64,000 bases of DNA from an uncultured Chloroflexia bacterium (GCA_963765765.1 CAVXYC010000023.1:256001-320000), one strand, 5' to 3'. Shown: positions 30,761 to 41,004, numbered from the stretch's first letter. Notes: a model not told the origin generated them from the letters alone. Made by a program: numbers and translations.

Positions 30761-30940
30761 CTACGAGGGCAGCGTGAAGTCGGCAACGTAAGCATCACCA
30801 ACAGGATCTGATGCTTCAGCTCGATCTCACGGTGCTCTCGACCTGATTCCAGAATGGCCAGGCAGCATTCGAGCGTGGCCAGGCCCCAGCGACCATCGTG
30901 GTGTAGAGGCTGCCATTGTTGATCGCATGCACGAATCCAG
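30761..30940 (-). pseudogene. C-terminal remnant of a Gfo/Idh/MocA dehydrogenase paralog
   Basis: HDGRWGLATLECCLAILESGREHREIELKHQI ... ADFTLPS-stop, nearly identical to the C-terminus of 9490..10740, with internal indels. Confidence 0.8.
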
Positions 30941-31138
30941 GATCCGTGCAATGATGGTGCAGCCCTACCGGGCCGTGGCGATCTGATGCACACCCGACGC
31001 TTCCGAGAGGAGGATTATGCAGGGCCAACTATCGTCCTACTGAAGCCGGCGTCAGCCGCCAGGCACGAAACGGCGACGGTTGCCGCTGCGATCCAACGAC
31101 TCGCGCAGCACTACAGATTGTGCGCTCCGATTTGCTAG

Positions 31139-32362
31139 TTAGAGGATTGGCTTCAATTCGTCGCGCAATGATTGGGGCATTGACACGATGTCGCGCACGG
31201 CAGTCTCGATCTCCTGGCCCGATCGTGGAGTGAGAAGCAGATTTAGACGCTCGGCGTCGGCCACGGCTTCAGGGTCAACAAGTGCTTGAGCGAATGCCTG
31301 ACGCATTGCCAGGAAGCGATCACGCGGCACTTCAGGCGCCATGGCGTATGGAGGCTGGAACGCCAGTGGGACAGATAGTATGCGCTGCAAGGTCCGCTGC
31401 TCCGGGGTTTTTGAGAAATCCAGGGCATTGGGCACGCCGCGTAAGTAGGGGTGATCAGGAGGGTTCTCTCCGGTCACTGCAAGAACTCTTAAGGCCGGTG
31501 TGGGTCCTTCTAACCGCTCACGGTCCAGGGCGACCACTGCGCTGAAGGAGGGGCAGTACGCATCGATCTCGCCATTGTCGAAGGCCAGCCGTGCCTGGGC
31601 AAGAGTCGGGTAGCCGGCAACGAGCTTGAAGTTCGTTCCCACGAGCGCGTTGAGAGAGACCGGGAACTGATGATCACTGGACCCCTGTCCGAGGGTGCCT
31701 GTGGCAAGCTCTTTGCCACCTACGAGCTCAGAGAAGTTTTGCGCCACGCTGGAGCGAACCAGACAAGTGGAGCGATCCGCGTAAGCTGCGCCTAGCCATT
31801 GGAATTTGTCAGCAGCGAACTCTGCCCCTAGTGTGCCAGTGATCTGTTGCAGGAGCAGGCCTAGTGTGAAGCTGCCTACCACAGTGCCGTCCTTGGGCTC
31901 CGCAGTGTAGACCGTGTTGGCGGCGATCAGGCTGCCCGCGCCAGGGCGATTCTCCACGATCACCGTCGGATTTCCTGGGATGTGCTTTGGGATGTATCTG
32001 GCGATCATCCGTGTGTACGTATCGATTACGCCGCCCGCCCCGTACCCAATAATCATACGGACCGTTTTTCCGCCGTAGAACGCTGCTACAGCCGACTGGT
32101 CGAAGGTCTCCGCGCTGGCAGCAGGCTTGGACGCCGGTGGCGAGCTCGAGGGACTCGGCGCAAGCGGAGCTGACGGCGAGGCTGCGGGTTGCGTTGACTG
32201 CATCGTGGCTGGGCTGGCGGTGGGTGTCGCGGTCGGTGTTGGAGAGCACGCGGTGAAAAGTGAAGCACTTGCGCCGATAGCCACGAACCGCAAGAAATCG
32301 CGTCGCGACTGGATTTTGGTGGCGCGATCGATACGCTCTGGCGTCATGTAGTCGTTTCCCAA
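31139..32362 (-). CDS. Tripartite tricarboxylate transporter substrate-binding (Bug/TctC-like) lipoprotein
   Basis: Tat signal SRRDFL plus lipobox, FYGGKTVRMIIGYGAGG, HIPGNPTVIVENRPGAG, PKDG. Confidence 0.85.
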   Translation of the reverse strand: MGNDYMTPERIDRATKIQSRRDFLRFVAIGASASLFTACSPTPTATPTASPATMQSTQPAASPSAPLAPSPSSSPPASKPAASAETFDQSAVAAFYGGKTVRMIIGYGAGGVIDTYTRMIARYIPKHIPGNPTVIVENRPGAGSLIAANTVYTAEPKDGTVVGSFTLGLLLQQITGTLGAEFAADKFQWLGAAYADRSTCLVRSSVAQNFSELVGGKELATGTLGQGSSDHQFPVSLNALVGTNFKLVAGYPTLAQARLAFDNGEIDAYCPSFSAVVALDRERLEGPTPALRVLAVTGENPPDHPYLRGVPNALDFSKTPEQRTLQRILSVPLAFQPPYAMAPEVPRDRFLAMRQAFAQALVDPEAVADAERLNLLLTPRSGQEIETAVRDIVSMPQSLRDELKPIL

Positions 32363-32667
32363 TCAGATGGACGGATCTGCTGATCCAAGCATTCGTCGGC
32401 TGAGTGCGATGCACGCGAAAGCACTGATTTCACGTGAAGAAGGACTTCTGTGGAATGTCGCTCGGGATTGTACGGTAAGTCATGGCTGCGTTCTGTAAGA
32501 GCGAGCCAGATGATGGCCCTAGCTCATTTCGATATGCTCTCGGACATTGGCTCAAAAGAGATACGAATCGATGCCTACTGAGAGACGCGCGGTGAGCACA
32601 TCGCCAGATACACAGGGCCCTGCAGGTCAGCGTCTGCCTCATGAATACGGTGCCCGCCCCGGCTAAT

Positions 32668-33831
32668 TTATCCGTTCAGGCGCGCCCCACTCGCGTGCGC
32701 CGCGACCATCCGAGCGGCCACCCGACAGCCGGTGACGAAACCGAAGAACGGTCCGTGGTCACGGGTGGCCGCGAGGCCCGTGACATAGAGACCCGGAACA
32801 GTCGTCTGAAACCACGGATTCAGCACCGGAAATCCGTCGACCAACTCCAGGCTGTCGCGAATTGACGGATGCATCAGGTACGACACACGGCTTAGATCGG
32901 GCCGATATCCGGTAGCAAAAATCACTTGATCTACATTGACGACTGCGCCATTGGTGAGTGTCACGGCGAGGGAATGATCCGCGCGCAGACGACACTCGGC
33001 AAGCATTGCTCCAGGGTGCGTGTGGATGCGATCGTGAGCAAGGCGCGGCGCCAGCCACGGCTCGAGTTTGAGTCGACCCTCCACCCAGAATCGCCGGCGC
33101 AGAGCATCCTGGTCCGCCTGCGTCATGGCCGAAAACCAGCCAGGCGATTGTTCGGCGCGCTCGACCAGGCTGTACACCCACGACCAGTCTGATGGCTCGA
33201 AGCGCGGTGGCTCATGGCGATACACCAGGTGCACGGCGTCGGCACCGACCTCACCGAGCAGCGCGGCCCACTCGTGCGCGCTCTGCCGACCGCCCAGGAT
33301 CAGGCAGCGGCGATCGCGGAATTGCTCCAACTCTACCGCCTGGCAGGTGTGGTCGTAGCGGCCATTCGGAAGTATCTCGCTCAACTCGGGCGGAATGTGC
33401 CAGAACGGCTCGAAGCCGATAGCCGCCAATACATTCTGGGCCTCGACGGTGGAGCCGTCTTCAAGTGTGGCGGTGAAGGCCCAGCTGGCCGATTCCAGGC
33501 TCCGAACATAGCGCACGTCAACGTCGAGCTCGGTGCGATCGACGAACCATCGCACGTAGTCGCGGAAGACGTCGAGGGCAAGGGGATGAAGCTGCTGAGT
33601 CGGGATGGCTCGCTCCTCGGCAAACGCCGCAAAGGTAAGCCGCTCGAGCGGATCGATGTGCCAGTCGAGCCCAGAGCGAAGCACCATGCCTTTCGGCATA
33701 TGGCGCTCCCAGAGGTCGAGGAGGCGTCCATGGACGCGCACGGATAGGCCGCGCGCTCGAGCAGCCGCGGCCGCGGCTAGACCGTACGGCCCCGCGCCAA
33801 TGATCAGTAGATCGACGGGGTGCTCAGCCAT
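32668..33831 (-). CDS. FAD/NAD(P)-dependent oxidoreductase (flavoprotein monooxygenase-like)
   Basis: IIGAGPYG, HMPKGMVLRS, LGGRQSAHEWA, IFATGY, TTVPGLYVTG. Confidence 0.85.
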   Translation of the reverse strand: MAEHPVDLLIIGAGPYGLAAAAAARARGLSVRVHGRLLDLWERHMPKGMVLRSGLDWHIDPLERLTFAAFAEERAIPTQQLHPLALDVFRDYVRWFVDRTELDVDVRYVRSLESASWAFTATLEDGSTVEAQNVLAAIGFEPFWHIPPELSEILPNGRYDHTCQAVELEQFRDRRCLILGGRQSAHEWAALLGEVGADAVHLVYRHEPPRFEPSDWSWVYSLVERAEQSPGWFSAMTQADQDALRRRFWVEGRLKLEPWLAPRLAHDRIHTHPGAMLAECRLRADHSLAVTLTNGAVVNVDQVIFATGYRPDLSRVSYLMHPSIRDSLELVDGFPVLNPWFQTTVPGLYVTGLAATRDHGPFFGFVTGCRVAARMVAAHASGARLNG

Positions 33832-34270
33832 GCTCGCCCGACTCCGGTCTCATCGTGTAGGTCCAGCCTTCGCCGTCGAGGATGGATACTCCGTCCTGGT
33901 TGAACACCTCGAACTTGAGCTGGCAGACCGGTTTGTCCGGTTTGAGGCTCAGCACCTCCACTCGCGCCCTGAGTGTGTCGCCCAGGTAGACAGGGGCTCG
34001 GTAATTAAGCGTCTGGCTCATGAATACGGTGCCTGCCCCGGGAAGGTCCATAGCCACCAGAGCATTGAAGAGCCCGGCCGCGACCCCGCCTTGAGCAACG
34101 AGACGGCCGAAGCGCGTCTTCGCGGCGAAGTCCTCATCGAAGTGGAGCGGGTTGTAATCGCCCGTGATCTCGGCGAAGGCGCGTACGTCCGCCTCCGTCA
34201 CGGTCTTCACGCGCTCGGCGGATTGGCCCACGTGGAGGCCGAGCGGGCCAATGGGCTCGGTTTGATTCAT
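33824..34270 (-). CDS. MaoC/PhaJ-like (R)-specific enoyl-CoA hydratase
   Basis: FAEITGDYNPLHFD, RFGRLVAQG, PVYLGD. Confidence 0.88.
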   Translation of the reverse strand: MNQTEPIGPLGLHVGQSAERVKTVTEADVRAFAEITGDYNPLHFDEDFAAKTRFGRLVAQGGVAAGLFNALVAMDLPGAGTVFMSQTLNYRAPVYLGDTLRARVEVLSLKPDKPVCQLKFEVFNQDGVSILDGEGWTYTMRPESGEHG

Positions 34271-34409
34271 GCGTCCCTCTGTAGCAGAGCCGCATCCCGT
34301 GAGGGTGCGGTTCCCTCTTGATGATCCCCAACGCCGTCATGCGAACGCGGTCGCGAGGGGACCGCCCCCTTACGGGATCGCGGCTCTGTCATTGGTCGAG
34401 AGCCGCGTA

Positions 34410-35103
34410 TCATTTCATTGGTGAGAACGACGTGGGCCGGAGCACGATGTTCTCGGCGCGTTCCAGGATGGGGCCATTCGCGAGGCTAGCGTCGAAGGCC
34501 TTCTCTTTCTCAGGATCTTTCTGGAACGCCTCGTTGCAGCGGTTGCGCTCGTCGTAGCTCTCCCATGCCAGCATGTAGATCAAGAGCTGGTTGCTTGGTC
34601 CGAATGACCGGCTTCCAGTAGGCCACCTGCCGATAGCCGTGCTTTTTGAAGTAGTGCACGGTGTGGTCGCTGAAGCGGCGCACCAGATCACCCAGACGGC
34701 CAGGCACTGCCTCATACGTTCGTAGCTCGAACATGTACGGTTGGCGCCCCTCGATACTGGGCCCGTACGGCTCGCCCTTCTCCATTGGCGAGAAGTTGTG
34801 CGGCTCCAGAAGCGTATTGTTGACGCGCTTGACGAGCTGGCCGTCCTTCTCGGTTTCAGCCCATTTCGCGGCGCGCTCGGGCGAGCTTTGCCACTTGCTC
34901 ATCTTGGCCGTGCGCTCTTCAAAGCTTTCCCAGGCCCACATATAGACGATCTGGTTGTTGGAAACACCGACTTCAGGCGTCCAGAAGCCCACCAGGCGAA
35001 TCCCGTACTCCACCCATTTCTTGCTGGTGAAGCTACCGAAGCGATCGAGCAGAGCCGGCTGCTTCCCGGGCATCACATCATAGGTACGAAGCTCATACAA
35101 CAC
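34410..35103 (-). CDS. Tandem NIPSNAP-domain protein, frameshift near 34600
   Basis: LYELRTY...LVGFW...WESFEER, repeated as FELRTY...VAYW...WESYDER; GTG start with GGAGG RBS. Confidence 0.8.
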
Positions 35104-35181
35104 GGCATCCTCCTCGGACGGCGATGGTCCGCATGGTAGCATGCCCGTCGAGCGTACACGCGTATACAAGGTGATCATGGA

Positions 35182-36120
35182 ATGACTCAGGAACCTGCTT
35201 CATCGCGTCGCTGGAAGCTCGCTTCGGTCATCGTCGGCGAAGGGACAACCGAGGCGGCCTTGCTCGTCGATGAGCACTTTTACGCGTTCGACATGCATCC
35301 CTCGGCTCGCCGTCTTATCGGCCACGACGGACCGACGACGATCTTCGACGTGCTGCAGCGATGGGCCCAATGGGAGCCACTGTTCGCGGAGATTGCCCGG
35401 AACGGTCGACGAAGCTGAGGGCCTGGTGGCGGAAGACGTCATCCTGCGCCCGCCGGTGCCTCGTCCACGCAAAATCTTCTGCGCCGGCGCCAATTACGCC
35501 TCGCACGTGCGTGAGATGGGCACGGATGTACCGGACAAGACGCGCACGAACCCCTTCTTCTTCATGAAGCCGCCCACCGCCGTCATTGGACCAAATGACT
35601 TCATTCGCATTCCACCGATGAGCGAGCAAGTGGACTGGGAGGTTGAGCTGGCGGCCTATATCGGCAAGACAGCGCGAAATGTCTCAGTGGAGCAGGCGGC
35701 GACCACGTGGCCGGTTACACGATTCTCAATGACATCTCAGCCCGAGACACGCACCGGCGAGATGATTGGGGTCAGGGGCCGTTCTACTGGGATTGGCTGC
35801 AGAGCAAAGGGTGTGACACGTTTGCGCCCACCGGCCCGTACTTCGTCCCGCGCAGCCAGATTTCCGATCCCTACAACCTGCGTCTCAGTCTCTCGGTCAA
35901 CGAGGAGATGATGCAAGACTCCAACACCAACGATCTGATCTTCAATGTGGAGGAACAAATCGCGTATCTCTCGTCGTTTATCACGCTCGAACCGGGCGAC
36001 ATCATCTCCACGGGTACACCTCCAGGCGTAGGGATGCCGCGCGGGATGTTCCTGAAGCGCGGCGATGAGGTGGTGGCCACCATCGAGCAGATTGGAATCC
36101 TGCGCAATCGGGTGATGTAA
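35182..36120 (+). CDS. Fumarylacetoacetate hydrolase family protein, frameshifts near 35400 and 35705
   Basis: KIFCAGANYASH, FFMKPP, DWEVEL, GYTILNDISARD, TLEPGDIISTGTP. Confidence 0.85.
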
Positions 36121-36132
36121 GCGGAGGTCACG

Positions 36133-37488
36133 ATGTCTGACGTAACCGGCCAGGTGGCCGAATTCATCAGCGGATTGCGCTACGAGGACCTCACGCCAGA
36201 GGCCGTAAGCGCCACGAAGGACGTCATGCTGGACGCCATCGGCGTCGCTCTGGCGGGCAGCCGCGAGGAAGACGCGGAGATCGTCACAGACCTCGCCCGC
36301 GAGGACGGCGGTAAGGACGAGTCGGTCGTCATCGGCCACGGGTTCCGATTGCCGGCCGCCGCCGCGGCATTCGTCAATGGCGTAGCCGTGCATGCCCTGG
36401 ATTTCGACTCGAGCTTCGTCACCGCGGGTCAGCCGATGGCTGGCCTGACGCCCGCGGTGCTGGCCGCGGCCGAGCCGCGCAATGCCACTGGCGCGGAGCT
36501 TATCGCGGCGTATGCCACGGGTTACGAGGTCACTGCCAAGGTGGTCCGCTGCATGCCCGCCAACAATGAAGATCTGGGATGGCACAGTACGGGCTCGACC
36601 GGCTCTGTAGGCTGCGCCGCGGCCGCGGCCAACCTGCTGGGACTTGGAGCGGTGCGGGCGCGCCTGGCACTGGGCATCGTCACCTCCATGGCCAGCGGAC
36701 TCGTGGCCAACTTCGGAACGATGAGCAAGCCGCTCCACTCAGGTCTGGCCGCTCGCAATGGCGTCATGGCGAGCCGTCTGGCACAGCGAGGGTTTACCGG
36801 TAACGCGGCTTCACTGGAGCCAGGCGCAGGCTTCTTCCACGCCTTCTCGCACGGTCAGTCGCTGGACCTCAACCCGCTCGGGCAGATGGGCGCGCCGTTC
36901 GAAGTCGAGCAGGGCGTGCGTTACAAACCATATCCATGCGGCGGCCTCGTCCATTCCGCCATCGATGCGATGCTCGCTCTGCGCGGGGAGCACACGCTGG
37001 AGCCGAACCGCATCAAGAGCATCGACGTAGCGGTGACTCGTCAGACGGCCAGCCGAATCGTCTTCCGCGTCCCGGAGACGGGCATTCAGGGCAAATTCTG
37101 CCTGCCGTACATCATGGCTCGCGCCGTCATCGACGGCCAACTGGCCGTGGACACATTCACTGATGACGCCGTCCGCGACGCAGCCGTGCTTGCACTGGCC
37201 TCCCGCGTGACCATGGCGCACGATCCCTCGTTGGAGACTACCGTCCCAGGGAGCCGACCCGCGGTTGTGAAGATAACCTTGACCAACGGAGAGGTCCTGG
37301 AGAAGCGAATCGACTTCGCCCGCGGAGGAGCTCAGGCGCCGCTCAGCTCGTCGGAGCTTCGCGCCAAGTTCACCAGCAACGCCCGCCGCGTCTTGAGCGA
37401 GTCTGCCGCGAAGGATCTACTCGCGATGCTGGATGACCTCGAGAAGTTGTCATCCGTACGCGAGCTTGCCAGAATCCTCGCAGGCTAG
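36133..37488 (+). CDS. MmgE/PrpD family protein
   Basis: LDAIGVALAG, AFVNGVAVHALDFD, GTMSKPLHSGLAARNG, KPYPCG. Confidence 0.9.
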   Translation: MSDVTGQVAEFISGLRYEDLTPEAVSATKDVMLDAIGVALAGSREEDAEIVTDLAREDGGKDESVVIGHGFRLPAAAAAFVNGVAVHALDFDSSFVTAGQPMAGLTPAVLAAAEPRNATGAELIAAYATGYEVTAKVVRCMPANNEDLGWHSTGSTGSVGCAAAAANLLGLGAVRARLALGIVTSMASGLVANFGTMSKPLHSGLAARNGVMASRLAQRGFTGNAASLEPGAGFFHAFSHGQSLDLNPLGQMGAPFEVEQGVRYKPYPCGGLVHSAIDAMLALRGEHTLEPNRIKSIDVAVTRQTASRIVFRVPETGIQGKFCLPYIMARAVIDGQLAVDTFTDDAVRDAAVLALASRVTMAHDPSLETTVPGSRPAVVKITLTNGEVLEKRIDFARGGAQAPLSSSELRAKFTSNARRVLSESAAKDLLAMLDDLEKLSSVRELARILAG

Positions 37489-37511
37489 CACCAGAGGATC
37501 TGCCGCGATGG

Positions 37512-37538
37512 TGTCAATTTTGGTCCTATCGGTTCGTC
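37512..37538 (+). promoter_or_regulatory. Putative ECF sigma (ECF42-like) promoter
   Basis: TGTCAA-N17-CGTC, 50 nt upstream of the SRPBCC gene. Confidence 0.45.
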
Positions 37539-37587
37539 CCATAGACACCTGAGAGACTCAATTGAGCACTAGAGGAGATGTTGCGCG

Positions 37588-38001
37588 ATGAAGATCACTG
37601 TAGAAACTGTCGTCAAGGCGCCGCTAAACACCGTCTGGGACACCTGGAACAATCCCGAAGACATCAAACAATGGAACACCGCTCAGGATGACTGGCACAC
37701 CACCCGGAGTACCGTGGACTTGCGCGAAGGTGGCAAGTTCTCTGCCCGCATGGAAGCAAAGGACGGCAGCATGGGCTTTGACTTCGAAGGAACGTATACA
37801 CGTGTCGAGCCCAACAAGGTTATTGAGTACCGAATGGACGATGACCGCCAAGTCACGATCGAGTTTATCGAACAGCCTGCCGGAACTGTCCTCGTGAAGG
37901 AGACATTCGACGCGGAGACGGAGAACACACCCGAGCTGCAGCGTCAGGGTTGGCAGGCAATTCTGGACAACTTCGGTCGGTACGCTGAAGCTAAGGGCTG
38001 A
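37588..38001 (+). CDS. SRPBCC/AHSA1 family protein
   Basis: VWDTWNNPEDIKQW, DLREGGKF, QRQGWQAILDNF; strong GAGGAG RBS. Confidence 0.9.
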   Translation: MKITVETVVKAPLNTVWDTWNNPEDIKQWNTAQDDWHTTRSTVDLREGGKFSARMEAKDGSMGFDFEGTYTRVEPNKVIEYRMDDDRQVTIEFIEQPAGTVLVKETFDAETENTPELQRQGWQAILDNFGRYAEAKG

Positions 38002-38032
38002 TCAAGGCCGTGCCTGGGACGATGAGATAAAC

Positions 38033-38070
38033 GAGCGAGAGCCCCTCCCGAACGGGAGGGGCTTTCGCTC
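38033..38070. terminator. Terminator hairpin between convergent genes
   Basis: GAGCGAGAGCCCCTCCCG-AA-CGGGAGGGGCTTTCGCTC. Confidence 0.7.
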
Positions 38071-38074
38071 GGTT

Positions 38075-38767
38075 CTACCTCAACGGGGAGAACGCCGCCG
38101 GGCGCAGGAACGCGGTGCTCACGCGCTCCACGATCTGTCCGTCTTTCTCGCTCTCGTTGAAGACGCGCTCGCGCTCCGGGTCAGCGCGGAAGGCGGCGAA
38201 TTTCTTTGCTCGCTCGTCGTGGCTTTCCCAGGCGAGCATGTAGATGAGCATGTGGCTGTGTCCGCCGATAATAGGCGTCCAGTACCCCACCTGGCGGAAG
38301 CCGAAGTGCGCAAAGCGATCCGAGGTGAAGTCACCGAAGCGCCGCACCACATTTCGCAGTTTTCCCGGCATCGCCTCGTACTGCCGTAATTCGAAGATGT
38401 ACGGGGAGCGACCTTCGATCGGGTCGCCGACGGGGACCTTTCGGTCGACCTGACAGAACTCCGTGGGCTCGAGCAGCATGTTGTGGACTCGTTTGACCAG
38501 CGGTCCATCTTTCTCTGAAGCTGCCCAGCGCTCCGCTCGACCCGGCGCCGCGTGCCACGTCTCGAACTTTTCCTTGCGTTCTTCCAGGCTCTCCCAGGCC
38601 AGCATGTAGGTAAGCTCGGTGCTAGGCACACCGATATCGGGCGTCCAGAAACCAACGAGTCGGAACCCGACGCCGCTCCACTTGGGCACCGTGAAATCGG
38701 CAAAACGCTCGGTGAGCGCCGGCAGCTTTCCCGGCATCACCTCGTATCGTCGTAGCTCGTACAGCAT
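38075..38767 (-). CDS. Tandem NIPSNAP-domain protein (second paralog)
   Basis: LYELRRY...LVGFWTP and IFELRQY...VGYWTP; collinear with 34410..35103. Confidence 0.85.
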   Translation of the reverse strand: MLYELRRYEVMPGKLPALTERFADFTVPKWSGVGFRLVGFWTPDIGVPSTELTYMLAWESLEERKEKFETWHAAPGRAERWAASEKDGPLVKRVHNMLLEPTEFCQVDRKVPVGDPIEGRSPYIFELRQYEAMPGKLRNVVRRFGDFTSDRFAHFGFRQVGYWTPIIGGHSHMLIYMLAWESHDERAKKFAAFRADPERERVFNESEKDGQIVERVSTAFLRPAAFSPLR

Positions 38768-38807
38768 GCTCATCCTCCGCGCCTCTTTGTTGAGGGGATT
38801 TGTCCAA

Positions 38808-39563
38808 TTACGGCATCACCATGCCGCCGTTGACGTAGACCGTCTGGCCGGTCATCCACCGGCTCGCATCGGAGAGTAAGAAACAGGTGACATCGCCGAT
38901 GTCCTCGGGTTGACCGATGCGTCCAAACGGGACATCGCGGGCGCGCTCGTCCATCATGTCCTGAGTTCTGCCAGCGCGCGCCAGCGGCGTGTCCGTGATA
39001 CCAGGGGCCAGGGCATTCACGCGAATATTATTCGCGGCCAGAGCCAATGCGAATGACTTGGTCAGGCCGATGACCCCGGCTTTGGCCGCCACGTAATGCG
39101 CGCTCGTCGGTCGGCCACGAATTGCCAGATCAGACGTGATGGTGACCAACGAACCGCCGTTGCCCGCCTGGATCATCGCTCTCGCCATCGCTTGCGTGCT
39201 CAGAAAAACGCCAGTGAGATTGACGTCGATCACGCGGCGCCATTCTTCCAGTGACATCTCCATGACAGGCACATTGCCACTGATGCCAGCACCGCATACG
39301 GCGCCATCAAGGCGGCCATACTTCTCCAGGGCCAGCTCAGCCAATCGCTGGCAGTCGGTGGGATCGCGGACGTCCATCTCTAGCGTAGATACCTTGCCAC
39401 CGTCGCTCAGAATCGCGTCGGCCGAGGTGTCCAGGCCTTCCTTGCTCAGGTCGCCCAGAACGAGCGACGCTCCGCCCTGGGCTGCCAACCGACTGGCGGC
39501 CCGACCAAGACCACTACCGCCGCCGGTGATGGCGATGACTTTCCCTTCAAGGTCGGCTGTCAT
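38808..39563 (-). CDS. Short-chain dehydrogenase/reductase (SDR)
   Basis: TGGGSGLG, VNLTG, YVAAK, IRVNALAPG. Confidence 0.92.
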   Translation of the reverse strand: MTADLEGKVIAITGGGSGLGRAASRLAAQGGASLVLGDLSKEGLDTSADAILSDGGKVSTLEMDVRDPTDCQRLAELALEKYGRLDGAVCGAGISGNVPVMEMSLEEWRRVIDVNLTGVFLSTQAMARAMIQAGNGGSLVTITSDLAIRGRPTSAHYVAAKAGVIGLTKSFALALAANNIRVNALAPGITDTPLARAGRTQDMMDERARDVPFGRIGQPEDIGDVTCFLLSDASRWMTGQTVYVNGGMVMP

Positions 39564-39625
39564 GTTTTCATCTCCTACGGCGTCTTCCGCTGCGATTTAG
39601 GACCTAGGGAACGGCACCCTTAGGA

Positions 39626-39708
39626 GCGTCTCGTAGTGGCGTCCCCTTGCGGGCGCCAACTAGAAATCCCTGACCACTCTGCTGCAAGGGGACGCCACTA
39701 CGAGACGC
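39626..39708. repeat. GTAG-type REP-like palindromic element
   Basis: GCGTCTCGTAGTGGCGTCCCCTTGC ... GCAAGGGGACGCCACTACGAGACGC, 25-bp perfect arms. Confidence 0.8.
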
Positions 39709-39717
39709 CGTTGCGGC

Positions 39718-40875
39718 TTACGGCTCCCCAAAAATCCTCACCGCGTTATCCCAGAATAGCTTCTGCTTGGACGGGGCGGGGATGTTATCCCATCCGTCCA
39801 CGAGATTTACGGAATCGGGAAACCGCGACTCTGCGTGAGGATAGTCTGAGCCGAACATAAGCACCCCGTCGCCCAGGAGCTCGTTGCACATGCGCACCAT
39901 GTCGGAGCCCTCGTGCAGCACGATGGACGCGGCAAACTGGCCACTCAGCATGTACTCGCTGGGCTTGTGCTTGAGACCCTCGGCCACGTACCCCATGTAA
40001 TCCACCTGGTCGTCCATGCGCTTGGCCCAGAAGGGCAGCCAGCCGAATCCAGACTCCAGCACCACGAACTTGATGCCGGGGTAGCGATCCATGACCCCGC
40101 CGGCCAGAAACGAGCCCACCGCGCGCATGGCGCCCCAGGGGTGGGATGACAGGCGACCGAGAAATGGGTTGGACCACAAATCGCGGTAGCCCGGATAACC
40201 GGCGGCGAAGCTGTGATGGACCACGGGCAGACCGTGCTCCATGGCCGCTTCCCAGATGGGGTTCAGGTCTGGATGGTCCAGCGGGAAGTCCAATGGTAGA
40301 TGCGGGAACACGCCGATCGACCAGCGCTTGGATCCCCAGGCATGAATCTCTTTGACCGAATCTTCAATCGAGCGTCCGGTTGTCACAATGAGGGATTTGA
40401 GTCGAGTGGGATCCGCGCTGCAGTACTCATCCAGAAATCGGTGATTCGCCTGGATGAAGCCCATCTCCACGGTGGGATCTTTGTGCTCGTTGGGTCCCGT
40501 CGGAACCATGAGATGCACGTCGGTCCCCTCTTCGTCCATGTCACGAAGGCGGATCTTCGGGTCCTCGTTGGCGCCCTCGGTTGGAAAGCGGGAGCCCATG
40601 AACTGTTGGAAGTCGCGCTCGGTGTCCGCACGCGGCTCGGCCTCGCCAAGGTGCCGAGGGGTGGAGCCGCCCCAGCCTTCGCCGCGGTGAAAGCGGAAGT
40701 AATGCTTGTATGGTGGCTGCCGCTTCTCACCGGCCTGACCGATCTTGATCTCGACCTTGTGTTTATCGAGGTCGCCGACTTTTTCGCGCGTCGCCGCGTC
40801 CAACCATGGCTCGATCACCTCGGCAGCGCACCGAACGTGGGTGTCGGCATCGAAAATTCTCACACCGTTGCGCAT
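39718..40875 (-). CDS. Amidohydrolase family (amidohydro_2) protein
   Basis: IFDADTH, RLRDMDEEG, PIWEAA...PVVHH, LESGFGWLPF, FGSDYPH, DNAVRIF. Confidence 0.9.
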   Translation of the reverse strand: MRNGVRIFDADTHVRCAAEVIEPWLDAATREKVGDLDKHKVEIKIGQAGEKRQPPYKHYFRFHRGEGWGGSTPRHLGEAEPRADTERDFQQFMGSRFPTEGANEDPKIRLRDMDEEGTDVHLMVPTGPNEHKDPTVEMGFIQANHRFLDEYCSADPTRLKSLIVTTGRSIEDSVKEIHAWGSKRWSIGVFPHLPLDFPLDHPDLNPIWEAAMEHGLPVVHHSFAAGYPGYRDLWSNPFLGRLSSHPWGAMRAVGSFLAGGVMDRYPGIKFVVLESGFGWLPFWAKRMDDQVDYMGYVAEGLKHKPSEYMLSGQFAASIVLHEGSDMVRMCNELLGDGVLMFGSDYPHAESRFPDSVNLVDGWDNIPAPSKQKLFWDNAVRIFGEP

Positions 40876-40974
40876 GAATAAACCCCTCCCGGTCCCGCGT
40901 TGCACTGTCGCAGCCGCTCCGTTGGATGGTACCGCGTTTCCCCAAACCGCGCTCCACCAAAGCCCCCTTTTAAC

Positions 40975-41003
40975 TAGACATAAATGCGAGTTTCTACTAT
41001 AAT
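40975..41003 (+). promoter_or_regulatory. Sigma70-type promoter
   Basis: TAGACA (40975-80), 17-nt spacer, TATAAT (40998-41003). Confidence 0.85.
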
Positions 41004-41004
41004 T

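Noticed and set aside
35737-36738. Long minus-strand ORF (333 aa) and similar long antisense ORFs elsewhere
   Set aside because: These are shadows of GC-rich genes on the opposite strand, with no protein motifs.
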